Source: Torpedo marmorata (lineage: Eukaryota). From it: DNA of 64,000 bases. This document shows, one piece after another, positions 23,001 through 35,519 of this stretch; position 1 is the stretch's first letter, and each line of letters opens with the position of its first letter. The notes under the pieces were generated by a model. The model had not been told where the DNA came from and made no database searches. It worked only from the letters and a program-made list of their open reading frames with translations. The stretch lies in assembly GCA_977017645.1 (NCBI GenBank), contig OZ360246.1, positions 27,590,001 to 27,654,000 of the forward strand. Direction: 5' to 3'. Position numbers and translations under genes: made by a program.

Positions 23001-25619
23001 AGGAAAGGAGAACTAGTAGATGGCAACAACTCTGAACCTGAGCCCGTGCCTATTTCTACTGACATTAAGCAAAGCTCTGTTACAACAGAAGCCATTGTAG
23101 AAAAATCTACAAAAAGAACAGTGGTGGAGCCACTTTGTGTTCCCAAGAGTGATATTGACAACCTGGCTAGATTAGAAGAGTGTAAACCTGATGAAATGAA
23201 AGTCACTGCACCACACAAGGAGTCAGTAACTGAAGCTATTTCACCTCAGGATCCACACCATTCTTCATGTAATGAAGATAACAAAAGTCCTCCATATTTT
23301 AAAATAAAACAACTCAATGACCATCCACCTGAGGCTCAACCTAAGCAAAGCATGTCAAGAGTAGCTATTACTGCACTCCCGGCCACCACTACTGCAAAGA
23401 TTTCAGTAACTCCAGCACCTATTTTGGCAGCTACACATGTCAGTTCTGGGGCTGTGTCAGATTGGATATCAAGACATGAGGCATCCCGTTCTTGTTCCAC
23501 GCCCCCTCCTGCTGCACCTCCCCCAGATACCAAAGCTTCTGATCTTGACACAAACTCCAGTACGTTGCGGAAAATTCTCATGGAGCCAAAATATGTGTCA
23601 GCCACAGGAGTCCCTACAACATTTGTAACTACAGCAATAAATGAACCATTGACTTCAGTTCGGACAGAAGAAACTTTTTCTTCAGCTGAAATCAACAAAC
23701 TGGTCTTGGATGAGAAGCCTACAGTTCCACCAAGCACTACTTCAGGGCAACAATTGGTAGAGGTACCGACCTTTAATGAGAAAGAAAAACATGTTGGTTC
23801 TTTGATCTCACCTAAAATTACTTCTGTAATAAGCAGAATGCCACCAAGTTTGGATCAAGAGGAAATGGCAAAAGTTTCAATGAACAACAGAGGCCCTGTT
23901 AACCTTCCGTCTCAGTCACCCAGCCTCACAAATATACCTCTGACAAAACAGAAATATCGGTCGAACTTGACTGAAAACAGCAGGTACAAGATTGGAACAA
24001 TGCCATTCATTGCAGATGAGTCTAGACCAGTGGATAATATGCAGTTAAATCAGGGATCAAGTCCAGGACTGAGAGTAAATACATCTGAGGGAGTTGTGGT
24101 ACTGAGTTACTCAGGCCAGAAGACAGAGGGTCCTCAAAGGATAAGTGCTCCAATCAGCCAGATTCCACCAGCTAGTGCAGTAGACATAGAGTTCCAGCAA
24201 TCTGTGTCTAAGTCACAAGCCAAACAGGAGCCAGTTTCACAATCACAACCTGTAACAAAAGGGTCACAAACTCCAACAGGCTATAGCAATGTGATTGGCA
24301 CTCATTCTTCAAGCATACTTGCTGGACATGGTGGCATTCAGCCATACAGCACACCACCTGTAATTTCAAGTATTAAACAGGAGCATCAGATTCTTGAAAA
24401 ATCTGAATCTGCTATCCATTCCCAACCAGCAGCAGTGAAGATTGTCTACAATCTTCTGCCAAACATTATAACCGCTAACAAAAAAGGTGGAGAACCAGTC
24501 GTTCCCAAGATTGAACCTGTCAAAGTTTCTCAACAGTCAACACTGAGCCCAGGAATCAGTACTCACCATGCTGCTATGCCAAGTAAGATGCAATCAGACA
24601 CTAACCACATCAGTTCTGGGCGTGGCACACCAACAGAACGTGCTCTGTCTCTGCCAGTTTCCATTAAACAGGAACCCCATTCCCCACACACATCTGTTCA
24701 TTCTCCTTCCTCATTTCCCAAAGTTTGCCAGCCTAGTAGCACATCTGCTTCCCAGTCAATAAATGCAAATGTGGTTCTGAATGCTGGCCTCACAATGGCA
24801 CAATTTGTTCCTAATGTCCATTTGCCAGAGCAGTCGGTCATTATGCCCCCTCACAGTGTGACACAGACACAGGTAGTCTCCTTAGGACATCTTTCTCAGG
24901 GCGAAGTAAGAATGAATGCCCCTTCAGTACCAGGTATCCCATATGGCATAAGACCTGAGACTCATCACCCCTCCCCCAGAGCTGTCCTCCAATCTCAGAT
25001 GGAACTCCGTTCCCAGCGATCAAACACACCACAGTCAACAGTTATCAGGGACTTGTGTATGCCTCAGATATCCAATCAGCATCAACCTGATGAAGAATTA
25101 CTCCATTATCATGGGATTAGAAGAGGGTCAGGTCCCCTACAAACTGATGTACTTGTGATGCAGCCAGACTACAGAATTCATCCTGGAGGTTTACGATTGG
25201 ACCAATATAATGTACCCCAGGAGATGCTGCTGCGTGACGTTCGGATGATGTATCCACCTCTGACAGCAGTTGGTGATGTCCACAATGAATCCAGACAAGC
25301 CAGGACCCCAGAAGGATCCGTTAAAACTCCACCAGCTAGTAAAACTACTCCTCAGCCAACAAAAGAGGCGCCTAAAACATCTGAAGTGAAAATGGCAAAG
25401 TCACCTCACAGTGAAGCTAGATTGATCAATGTCCCCCCTGGATTGCCCATGTCTCAGTCTGTCATGGTCCCCCATGGCGTTCAGCTCATGCATCAGGTTC
25501 CTAGTTCCTTCCATGACTATCCACGTGTTTATCCAGATCTTAGGAATTTCCATCCTTCTCACCTCAGTCACCCGCAGTTTGGTGGAATAAACCTACCATC
25601 ACACAGTATGACTCCTCAG
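17021..25619 (+). CDS. SPEN: SPEN giant exon (8599 bp): RE/RS-rich region, receptor-interaction region, RBPJ-binding motif
   Basis: aacag|GGAGGAC...CCTCAG|gtatgt inside the 2939-aa ORF; SPEN motifs YEQDIREYSYRQRERE, LEARKRRFAD, APRPIPSWYMKKKK, ETELAAAIDSII, GLRVNTSEGVVVLSYSGQK. Confidence 0.97.
22219..22770 (+). repeat. Coding minisatellite, ~30-33-bp unit encoding (E/D)SVISKAP(A/V/T)S(V)
   Basis: Best copies GAGAGTGTGATATCTAAAGCACCTGTCTCTGTG / GAGAGTGTGATATCTAAAGCTCCTGCCTCAGTG at ~22587-22685; roughly 15 degenerate units. Confidence 0.85.
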
Positions 25620-26184
25620 GTATGTACAGCATTTTTTCTGCAATGCTTCTTCCCCTTAAGCAATTCTGTTTTGGAATTATTGTTATCTATGATACTGTAT
25701 TGGTGAGGGAATACAATGCAGCTTGTGAAATATATTCCTGAGAACAACAGTGCTCAAGACTGCATTAATCAATTCTGATTGTCATTGTATCCCATAAACA
25801 AATTGTGAAGTCGGCCAACCTTTTGGACTTTGCTGTATATGTCAGTTTCTGGAACCTACGTGAATTCCAAGCTTAGTTAAATTCTTATGATTCCAGAATT
25901 GTAAAATTCAGGAGAACATTTTGGCATGTGCTAGCTCTTAAATGAGCAATTCTGATTGTTTCTACCCTGCAATTTTTGTTGTCTTTCCAATTCTAGTTTC
26001 AGTGGAGTTCCACAATCATTTTGGGCAAGGATTTCTAAATCATAAGAGTTGCAATATCAAAAATAAACCTCTTCAACTCTGAGTCTTTTACCACTTACCT
26101 TAAATAGGTCTCTCATGGTTTCTCACTCTTCTGTTTCTGAATAATGTTTCCTTTTTGCTCTCTCAAAACTTCATAATTTTGAGC

Positions 26185-26410
26185 TGGAATCTGAACATAA
26201 ACACAATCTGCTAGATGAACTCAGCGGGTCAAGCAGGATTAGTGGGAGAAAAAGAATGGTCGACTTTTCAAACTGAAATTCATTGTCAAGACCCAAAGAC
26301 TCCTGTACATAGAGTCTGAATAAAAGGATTTGGCTTGAACATTGACTATTTTTCTCCCACTGATGTTGTTTGACCCACTGAGTTCCTCCAGCAGATTATA
26401 TTTGGCATTC
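26185..26410. mobile_element. Penelope pLTR inverted pair (foldback)
   Basis: AATCTGCTAGATGAACTCAGCGGGTCAA...AGTGGGAGAAAAA is mirrored by TTTTTCTCCCACT...TTGACCCACTGAGTTCCTCCAGCAGATT. Confidence 0.65.
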
Positions 26411-26739
26411 ATAATTTGAATGTCTTTATTAGATCTTTTCAGAACATTCTTTGCTTTGGAGAGTAAAATTCCAGTGGTCTCTCTAGAAGTCTCTTTCTAC
26501 CATTTACCACTTTTCTTTATTCTCTGCCACATCTGTTCTTAGACCATTCTTTGCTTCTAAATCTAAATATGGTCTCTTAACAATATGATCAGAAAACATT
26601 TTGCATGTACTCTTAACACATCCCGATTACTGTCTTCTCAACCCCACTTCTGTCATTCAATTTTCTTTTAATTAATTTTTTAGGATGTGGGTGTTGCTGG
26701 CAATGCCAGCATTTATTCCCCATTCCTAATAGCCCTTGA

Positions 26740-27045
26740 GAAGGTTTATAAAATCATGAGGGGCATTGATAGGGTGGACAGGCAAAATCTTTTCCCAGGG
26801 TTAAAGTGTCACACACTGGACGATCTAAGGTGGGGGGTGGAGGTTTAAGGGCAAATATTTTACACAGAGTGGTGTGTGTCTGAAACAGGCTGCAGGAATA
26901 ATGGAGGCTTCTAGAGAGACACATGATTATGGAGGGATATTTATCAAGAGTAAGCAGCAGAGTTTTAGTTTGATTTAGACATCCTGCTTGGCACAGACAT
27001 GTAGGCCAAAGGGACTGTTTCTGTGCTGTATTGTTCCATATGTTC
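26740..27045 (+). mobile_element. Degenerate CR1 3' end
   Basis: GTTTATAAAATCATGAGGGGCATTGATAGG (VYKIMRGIDR) through the tail GGCCAAAGGGACTGTTTCTGTGCTGTA. Confidence 0.7.
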
Positions 27046-27047
27046 TC

Positions 27048-27362
27048 ACTGCTGCCACCAGGAAAGAGGTATAGGTGCCACAAGACTTGTACCACCAGGT
27101 TCAGTAACAGCTGCTACCCCTCCACCATCAGACTTCTAAACAGAAAACTCGATCACAGGCTCAATTAAGGACTCTTACTTTGCACATTATTTATTATGAT
27201 CAGTTTGTTCACATTTCTTTTTTTGTTTACATTTCTCTCTTTTGTATACGTATCTTTTCTTGAGTACAGTTTTTTGCACTGCCGATGGGTAGGGGTTCTG
27301 CCTGGCCCGCAGGAAATTGTATGTGATGTCTTGTATGTACTCTGACAATACATCTGAACTTT
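27048..27362 (+). mobile_element. Rex1-like LINE 3' fragment
   Basis: Same family as 52060-52878 (TTRFSNSCYPSTIRLLN-like ORF end, TGACAATA tail). Confidence 0.7.
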
Positions 27363-27943
27363 AAACTACAATGTCACATCCAGAAATCTATTTTAACAAT
27401 TTAGCACTTGTTCAATTCTTTTCTGTTCCACCTACAAATAGATATGTAGGAACAGTTCTGTAGGATGATCTCCTAAACATTTTGGTGTCCTTGTAAAGCC
27501 CAAATCTCTTTGTCAATTAGATCTCTTTCTTCCATTTTATTCACACCACTAACATCTTTCAACCATATCATCAATTGAAACTTTTCCAAAAGCCATTTTC
27601 CAAAATGATATTATCCAATAATGGAGTTCTCTGTTTCTGGAATTATCTATTAAAGTTATGGTTCTAGTTCTACATAATGTGTCAAATCATTGCTTTCTTC
27701 CAATAAAAAGCTTTGACTCATATTTTCTAAAATATTGTGGAATTGTTGCTAATTCTCAGCATTAAAAACAAGCCTTAAAAGATGATTTCCAGTTGACAAT
27801 TTAGACCAGACTTTTGAAGATGTGGACTAATTCTTATGCATTTTTGCTGTGGTTTCAATGCATTAATAAAACAATTGAAGTGTAAGATTGAGTGCAAGAA
27901 TATTTTTAGTTCTATGTTTGTATAACTGTCTATTCCTTATTAG

Positions 27944-28324
27944 GGTATTTCGGAAGGGGAACACGTCCATCCTGGACAAAGAAGTAAAACTCCACAAATA
28001 TCCCAGGATAACAGACTGTCAGGGCAGGTGGAACTGCACTCACCTCACTTGCAGCATCTGCAGAGAGAGCGTGTTCAACCAGAAGCTAATCCAACTTCCT
28101 ATCCTTCTCCAACTGGAGTATCTTTGCCAATCAAACATGAACTGTCCTCGCCTCACCAAACACTAACCCCAAAACAGTCATCGTTTATTTCCACGCAATC
28201 CTCAACACCAGGAGCAGCCCCATCACCAGTGATATCCAGGCCAGAACATCAGACCACTGGAAAGCAAGAACCACAGGCATCATCAGGCTCACAAAGACCT
28301 GTGGACATGGTGCAGCTTCTAACT
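27944..28324 (+). CDS. SPEN: SPEN exon preceding SPOC
   Basis: attag|GGTATT...CTAACT|gtaagc; phase 0/0, 381 bp; ends SQRPVDMVQLLT. Confidence 0.92.
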
Positions 28325-28719
28325 GTAAGCATCAACTTCATCGTTGTATTTAAGACAACCATCTTGGATTTGTATAATGTGAGAGTTTAAAGTTAAATAA
28401 ACCCAAGATTACAAATCATTTATCAGATGTTAAGATTGAATGCAGAGGTTAGTTATATCGATGTTTCCTCATGATGACTATTGCTCCTTTATCCACGTCT
28501 AATGTTACTTTACTTTGCCTATTTTGCTTCTTATCTTCTCTACTTTGTTTCATACTGCCATTTTCCATGATTTAAAAAAAAATGCCAACTAAAATTTGAG
28601 GAATAATTTGCTTTTCAGGAAATTGCATTTTTAGAGGGGTTGATTGAATAATGTTGAAATGCGATGAGATTAAAGGATTGGTAAGTGTGATTTACATTTT
28701 AAAACATTTATTTCTTTAG

Positions 28720-28914
28720 AAATACCCAATTGTGTGGCAGGGTCTGCTAGCTCTTAAGAATGATACAGCTGCAGTACAACTACATTTTGTGTCTGGCAAC
28801 AATGTACTGGCCCATCGATCACTTCCAGCATCTGAGGGTGGACCTCCTCTCAGAATTGCTCAGCGTATGCGGCTGGAGGCAACACAGCTGGAAGGCGTGG
28901 CACGCAGAATGACA
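28720..28914 (+). CDS. SPEN: SPEN exon, SPOC domain
   Basis: tttag|AAATAC...ATGACA|gtaagt; KYPIVWQGLLALKNDTAAVQLHFVSGN...RIAQRMRLEATQLEGVARRMT. Confidence 0.98.
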
Positions 28915-29052
28915 GTAAGTGACTTTAAAATGCCTTATTGGGATGTTTAAATGACCTATCACAAATTGTTTTGACACTGAGTTTAATTTGGGGATTTACA
29001 AAGTAAGAAATCTTGGTTGTTCAAAAATTAATTCACAAATTTTGTTTGCTAG

Positions 29053-29211
29053 GTGGAAACTGATTACTGCTTATTATTGGCATTACCTTGTGGCCGTGAT
29101 CAGGGAGATGTAGTGAGTCAGACCGAGTCACTGAAGGCTGGTTTTATCAGCTATCTACAGCTCAAACAAGCTGCTGGAATCATCAATGTACCAAATCCTG
29201 GCTCGAATCAG
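29053..29211 (+). CDS. SPEN: SPEN exon, SPOC domain
   Basis: gctag|GTGGAA...AATCAG|gtatgt; VETDYCLLLALPCGRD...KQAAGIINVPNPGSNQ. Confidence 0.98.
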
Positions 29212-29751
29212 GTATGTTATCGAACTAAAATCCATTTATGTTTTTGCCATCAGAGGGAATGCCAAATACGTATGGTGGGTTGCAGACAATGTCATTCGTT
29301 CAGGGTGACAACATGTTGCTCTCTGATTCTTAGTGTTGTAATCATGCTGTCATTTTGAATTAGTTTTATTGCAATAATTGGCAATACTGTGCTGCCCCAG
29401 AAAAGCAAGTGAACACTGGAATGCAACTAAGTAGTATTACAGGAATTTTTAGTGGGCTGTCGGAAATAGTTAATTGCACTTTGTTGTGTGATGTAAATAA
29501 TAGCATGTACTTCAGGATGAGAGATGGTAGCAGAAAGGTAAGGCACTCTTTCATTTCTTACCTTAGTTCTTCCACCTCTCAATGAAACTGACCATTTCTA
29601 TGCTGTTTCTGTCTTCTTGCCCGTTGAACGTGGTGTATTTTTCTTCCTGATTCCTAATTTGAAAAGAGGAACCTGATCAGTTTATAAACATTTAATATTG
29701 ATGAGTTTAAAGGGGTTCATTTCTGAGCCTCCTGACGTAATGGCTTGACGT

Positions 29752-30308
29752 AATGGTGAGACCTCATTTGGAGTACTGTGTGCAGTTTTGGGCCCCTTAT
29801 CTTGGAAGGGATGTAATGATGTTGGAGAGAGTACAGAGAAGATTTACCAGGATGATTCCTGGAATGCAAGGGGTAACATATGAGGAACGTTTAGTGGCTC
29901 TTGGACTGTATTCATTGGAGTATAGAAGAATGAGAGGGGATCTCAAAGAAACATTTCGAATACTGAAAGGATTGGACAGATGGAAATAAGATGTTTCCCT
30001 TGGTGGGTGAATCCAGGACAAGAGGGCACAGTCTTAGAATTAGAAAGTACCCATTTGGAACAGAGATGAGGAGGAATTTCTTTAGCCAGAGGGTCGTGGA
30101 TTTGTGGAATTCATTACCACATACAGCTGTGGAGGCCCGATCATTGGGGGAGATTGATAGGTATCTGATTGGTCAGGGTATCAAGATATATGGGGAAAAG
30201 GCCGGAAATTGGAATTAGATGTGAGAACAGTTTAGCTCAGGGTAGAGTTGCGGAGCAGACTCGATGGGCCGAATGGCCTACTTCTATTTCTTTATCTTGT
30301 GATTGTGA
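29752..30308 (+). mobile_element. 5'-truncated CR1 LINE
   Basis: VRPHLEYCVQFWAP...LERVQRRFTRMIPG...RRMRGDL...SRTRGHSL...FFSQRVVDLWNSLP, then GGGCCGAATGGCCT and a (TTGTGA)n tail. Confidence 0.92.
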
Positions 30309-30507
30309 ATGAAGTTGATTTTTCTCCCCTTCAACCAAATAAAATTAAATCTTACTAGTGATCCTTTTTGCATATCAGAATGATTCTTGGAGAGTTAGAA
30401 TGGTATTTTAAAAGTAACCTTGTTGTATATATTTAGTTTTTTTCTACAGGAAACCTAGTAATGCTTTGAAAACCACATCTATTCATTTTATTTTTTTCTC
30501 TTTACAG

Positions 30508-30639
30508 CCTGCATATGTTCTTCAAATATTCCCACCCTGTGAATTCTCTGAAAGTCATCTATCCCGCCTAGCCCCAGATTTGCTTGCCAGCATCTCCAAC
30601 ATATCCCCCCATTTGATGATCGTCATTGCTTCAGTGTGA
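30508..30639 (+). CDS. SPEN: SPEN last coding exon (SPOC C-terminus, stop TGA 30637-30639)
   Basis: tacag|CCTGCA; PAYVLQIFPPCEFSESHLSRLAPDLLASISNISPHLMIVIASV*. Confidence 0.98.
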   Translation, partial: PAYVLQIFPPCEFSESHLSRLAPDLLASISNISPHLMIVIASV

Positions 30640-31638
30640 GCATTTGGTTTGCTCTCTTTTTTTAATCTTGGACTCCGTTACACTGCCAACTGCCAATGTT
30701 CTTCCTAGCAAAGCCCGACTTGGACAATGGGCAGCTACGTGTTTACAATGTTTCCAGTCCTGGGCGAACTGGTGGGCTCCAGTGGCAGAATGGAAACCCT
30801 TCTATGTAATCCTGCACTCTCGGCGATTCCTGTTATGTGAATTGGGATTACCATTGCACTATATTAGTGACTTGGTGACTGTATGGCAGTAGATTGTTAT
30901 GGATCTTATCATGGTAGCATCCTGGACCTCGCTAATGGACCTGAAGGCAGGACCTTAGAATCCCTACCTATTTCAGCAGGGCTATATTTGGGATGCTTTT
31001 CAACCCCACCATCAATTGTAATGATCAACTTTTATCCTTTTGTAAATCTCCTTTGAGAAGGAATCAAATGGACCGATTGCTAAGAGAAGAAAGATGGACA
31101 GTTTTAGCCGAAAAGGGAAATAACGCTGGTGGGAAACGCTGAATCCTTGGAACCATGAATTCAAACTTTGCTGAGATGAAAACACATACAATTTTACCTG
31201 TGCCAAAATGCATTTTCAGAGAAATCTTATTTTCATATGCGGACTTTGTACTTTCATTCATTCTTAAGTGCGCTTCACTGCTCCTTAACGCTGCCCTTCA
31301 AGATGTGAGTGTATTTTATGCTTGTCAGGACATCAGTTCAATCTCATTAATTTATAAATTCTTTCCACAGTCCTTTGTTTTTTTAAAATCCTTTTGTTTT
31401 TTTTTGTTTTTTGGAGCGATCCAAGTCAGATTTAAGCCAATGTGGTGAAAAGTGGTCTCCAATATGCAGCAAAAACTGGTACTGAATAAACAAGACCCCT
31501 TTTCCTAACCAATATAGGAGGGGGACACAAAGGGACTGGTACTCCTGAGAAAATGGGGGCTGCGCTGTCTGAGCCAGCCATGAATGCTGTAACTACCTAC
31601 CGACAGCAAGCAGTCTCCTTGTACTTTTTAATGGCGTT

Positions 31639-31750
31639 TGTACATAGTACTTTTGGAATTCTGTGCTTTGGTCTGATCTGATTAACTTGTGTAAAAAAGA
31701 AAGTAAATCCCAACCCCAGACTTGAACCGTGTTACACAGTGCTGTAAATA
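31639..31750 (+). promoter_or_regulatory. Two Pumilio-type elements (TGTANATA) in the SPEN 3' UTR
   Basis: TGTACATA 31639-31646 and TGTAAATA 31743-31750, just upstream of AATAAA. Confidence 0.5.
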
Positions 31751-31814
31751 TTTGTAAAACTCAAAACAATTCTTTCATGGTATTGTTGAAGGCACTTATA
31801 ATTTTGATACACAG

Positions 31815-31820
31815 AATAAA
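31815..31820 (+). terminator. Probable SPEN polyadenylation signal (alternative AATAAA at 31485-31490)
   Basis: AATAAA at the end of an AU-rich, repeat-free ~1.2-kb 3' UTR-like stretch. Confidence 0.55.
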
Positions 31821-33785
31821 AATCTTAGCACATTATAAAATCTTAGCACTCTTCTCTCTGATCTGAACATCCAAATTACCTGTCAGCTGGAATCATTTAG
31901 TGGCGCTGGATTGTTTTGATGAGTGGATAATCTTCAAGATGTCGCACAGGGTTTAACATCAACAATGCCTGTTTCAGCTTGTATCACCACATAAGATCAT
32001 GGCAAGTGCACCTGCTGGACCTATCCTGTGACCACAGAATCCTCAAATGATTTGAAGGCGTAGTCTAGTCATGAATGCTAATGCTGACACTGCTCTGTGA
32101 TGTGGTTATATAACTATTCTGCTGATGATCTGGGAGCAACTACAGAAAGCAGAACTTATTTTCTCTGTTTAAGACATGAGTATGTTTATTTTCTGATTTT
32201 AACTCTTTCCCTTCTTGTCAGATGGTTGTATAGGAACATTTCAGAATATATTTCTTTTTGCGTATGAAAGAGAGGAGCGATCACATATTGGAGTTTTCCA
32301 GCTATACTGTTGTCTCTAATATGTCAAGTTAATAGTCACTGTCCTGGCATTTCAGTCAGGACTGAAATGGGTTTAAAAAAAAAAAAAAACCCAAAATAAA
32401 GTTATTTAAATTTTGAAGTCTGCTCGAGCATCAAAACCTGAAATAGAACATTATCAAAAATTTATATCTTAACTGAAGTAATTGTTTAAATGAGATGTTC
32501 TATGCTCTTCTCCAATTCTGTTGTCATAATTTTAAATGGTTTCATTCTTAAAGCTTATGGGGATATCAGTTCTGAGAAAGTTAAAACTTTATTTTTCTAA
32601 CTGAATGAATAGTATTTCTGGTAATAATATGGCTGAGTGGAGCCCTCAGATATATTTTATCTTTGCTCAGATAAAAATATGATGTTTATAGTCTTGATTG
32701 CACAGTTTACACACTTGGTGTTTGGATCTGGATGTATTTCCAAGACAGGTACAGTATTGTGCACATTACATTCCAGAGACACAAAGATCTCTTGTACAGT
32801 ATGTAATTTTGTTTATCATGCAGTTACTAGTTCTAGGCATAAATGAGGGATTTGCATTTATAAATGGACGTTGAGAATAGATCATGCAGTCTCTACAGTA
32901 AGATTATTGTGTCTTCCAAAGATAGTTTCAAATTCTGGACAGATATTTTAAAAAACTTGTAACAAATAAAACCCAGCTTGAACTAGACAGGGGGCTTTAA
33001 AAGTAAATCATAAAATTGATTTTTTTTTTGGTTAATAACCCCGTGGATTTACTTCTATGTGTAGTCATTACACAGTTGATGTAGACATCCTTGCAATCTC
33101 ATGTCAGATGATGAAAAATTTCAACATGCCAGTGCCTGGATCAGGTGTCTTGACATAATGTCTTGTGCTTGTCTCTGACAAAACAGATTACGACAAAGAC
33201 TACTACAGACATTTTATCAGGAGGATGATTCTTGGTTTTCGTCTCTCCTTGCCAATCACACCCCTTCAGAGGACTGTGCCTTTATTATATTGACATTGAA
33301 ATTTCCAAGATGAGGTTTTTTTGTTTTTTTTTCCCTCTGAAATGTATGCCAGAACCTTTTCAAGATCAGAGTAGACGTCATCTTTGGTCTTATCCACAAC
33401 TTCTAGGATCAAGCCATATATTCCATTTTAGAAAGGGTCATGAGGTTTTTTACTTAACCCACGAAAAGAGTCAATGAAATGTAAAACTCATTCCATGGAG
33501 ACTGCTTTCTTCCTCTTGTTTGACCTACCATGAAAAGGTGCATCTGCTACTAATATAGCCTGTCGTTCCCATATAGTAGGTGCTTATTCTTAGGACTCGT
33601 ATATTTTGGGCAAAGTGTTCTTTTTCAGAAGAGTATTAAAGGTTTGAAAATTGAAGAGAAACAATGAGTGACTATTGAATAGTTAAAGAATAAAGGATAA
33701 CAATTATATCCACAAAATAGATTTAAAAAGTAAGAAAAAGGAGGTACAAGCCAGCTCCGTTATTCAAAGGGATCACGAATAATTT

Positions 33786-33964
33786 CATTGGACAACGAAG
33801 ATTTTGCTTCCTGAACACTTGGGTGTATTTTATGGATTTTGGGCTGCTGATCACGAAAATCACCTTAAAATGTACCATTTTTTTAACGTATAACCTATTT
33901 TTGTGATTTCCTGTCATATTTTTTTCAGGAAGCAAATCTTTTGAAAAAAATTTGTTGTCCAGTG
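33786..33964 (+). mobile_element. Chapaev3-like non-autonomous deletion derivative (179 bp)
   Basis: CATTGGACAACGAAGATTTTGCTTCCTGAA...TTCAGGAAGCAAATCTT...GTTGTCCAGTG; same ends as 45598-46213. Confidence 0.8.
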
Positions 33965-35519
33965 TTCTTTGCCTCAGCTGGGCACCTTCCCACCCAATTC
34001 CCAAAGATATTTCTAAGAAATCTAATACTTATTCATGTGCTCCAATAGCATTGCACTGAGAAATACACATCCTTGGTGTGTGCTCAGTCAGCTGATTGCA
34101 CATCAGTACTTAAATGGCCTCTCAGTGGTCACTCAGCTCTGATGCAAAATGACTAGTGGAGCAATGTAGTGGGGGTTATCTGTCATCTATGGGACAGTAA
34201 TCCAAAACATTTCAAAGGAAGACAGAATGTTTGGAAAAAAATGCCCACTGTGAGACAAAGTCAAATTAATTTTGAGAGTTGCTAATTATTAGATAGCTGC
34301 TTATTTATTCCCTTCTCTTTTGGGGGGATGTCATTGCTATTTTTTTTTGTCTTCAAATCTCTAGTGATTTCCAACTCCTTCCAGTAACTGCAGTATATTT
34401 AGATTTGGACTTGAACTTTTAATGTGATTTCATGTGGAGGAATCCAGTGCAGCCATTAGGTCTTCACTCTCTCCCAATAGATGTGAAATGTTGTGAACCT
34501 TAATTTCTTTAAAAGATTAAACTTTTAAGAACACCTTGAATTTTAAATTAAGAATATTTTCCTGAGAAGTGCATGCCTATGCAAGTGTCATGTTGTAATT
34601 GATGTATGAATATGGAAATCCTGAACTTCCTGACTGGTGCTTGCCAAGAGTTTATGGGTTGGATGCAAACATCCGGCAGTTCTGTAGTGCCTGCACTAGG
34701 CAATCTGTGCAGTGAACTTGTATCAATTTAGATTGATTTATTATTTGCAAGGAATAAAGGGATATATATCATTTGCAAACAGCAGAGATTTAGTTTAATT
34801 TGGCATCATGTTTGGTGCAGACATTGTGGACTGAAAGGCCTTGCTCCTGTACTGTTCTATGTTCTATTTAGCGTTTGATATTTTGTTTTGTACTGAGAAA
34901 CATTGTTTTAGGCAGGTTTGATAGCTAACTCAGCCCACGTATGTGTGTTAGCCAGCTATCTGGCTCTTTCACCTCGTGTTGGGTATTATACCAAGAATCC
35001 ATAAACATTCTCAGATCTTCATTGCAGGTGATGAAGATCATGTTGGCTTCTGAAAGGAAGTTCTTGCCTTGGGATCTACACAAAGCATGGCTGTGTAGGA
35101 GTGGGCAAAAAAAATCACCATTGATATCCAAGATCACAGCCACTGATATTATCTTCAGTTGTGCAATCTTATGCCTGTCTTCCTGTGCCTAGTCCTTTGC
35201 AAAAGACTACCTGCATTCCTAATGCTACCAAAATGACCAGAGTCTAAACACAGATATCAACTTTGTTGGTCCCATCTATCAACATTGTGACTAATGAATA
35301 ACAATTCTAGAAAAAAAGTTGCACCTGGGTTTTTCCTGCAAGGGAGTTTCTCGAGGAGATGGTCTTCACCCTCCTTGAATGCTGTTTCGATACAAATGAA
35401 CGTAAACAGGCATGTTATCATGAGACTGAATTAAGTGAACATTCTTCCCAAGAGGATATTAAGGCACGATTTAAGTTTAACAATGAAAGAACAGCTGTGT
35501 GTATATTTTTAATGTAGAC

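Noticed and set aside
17037-25038. Many antisense and alternate-frame ORFs over the giant exon
   Set aside because: They are shadow ORFs caused by codon bias and low complexity, with no recognisable domains.
33100-33182. C/D-box snoRNA-like ATGATGA...CTGA
   Set aside because: There is no terminal stem outside the boxes, it is not intronic, and no rRNA-complementary guide was recognised.
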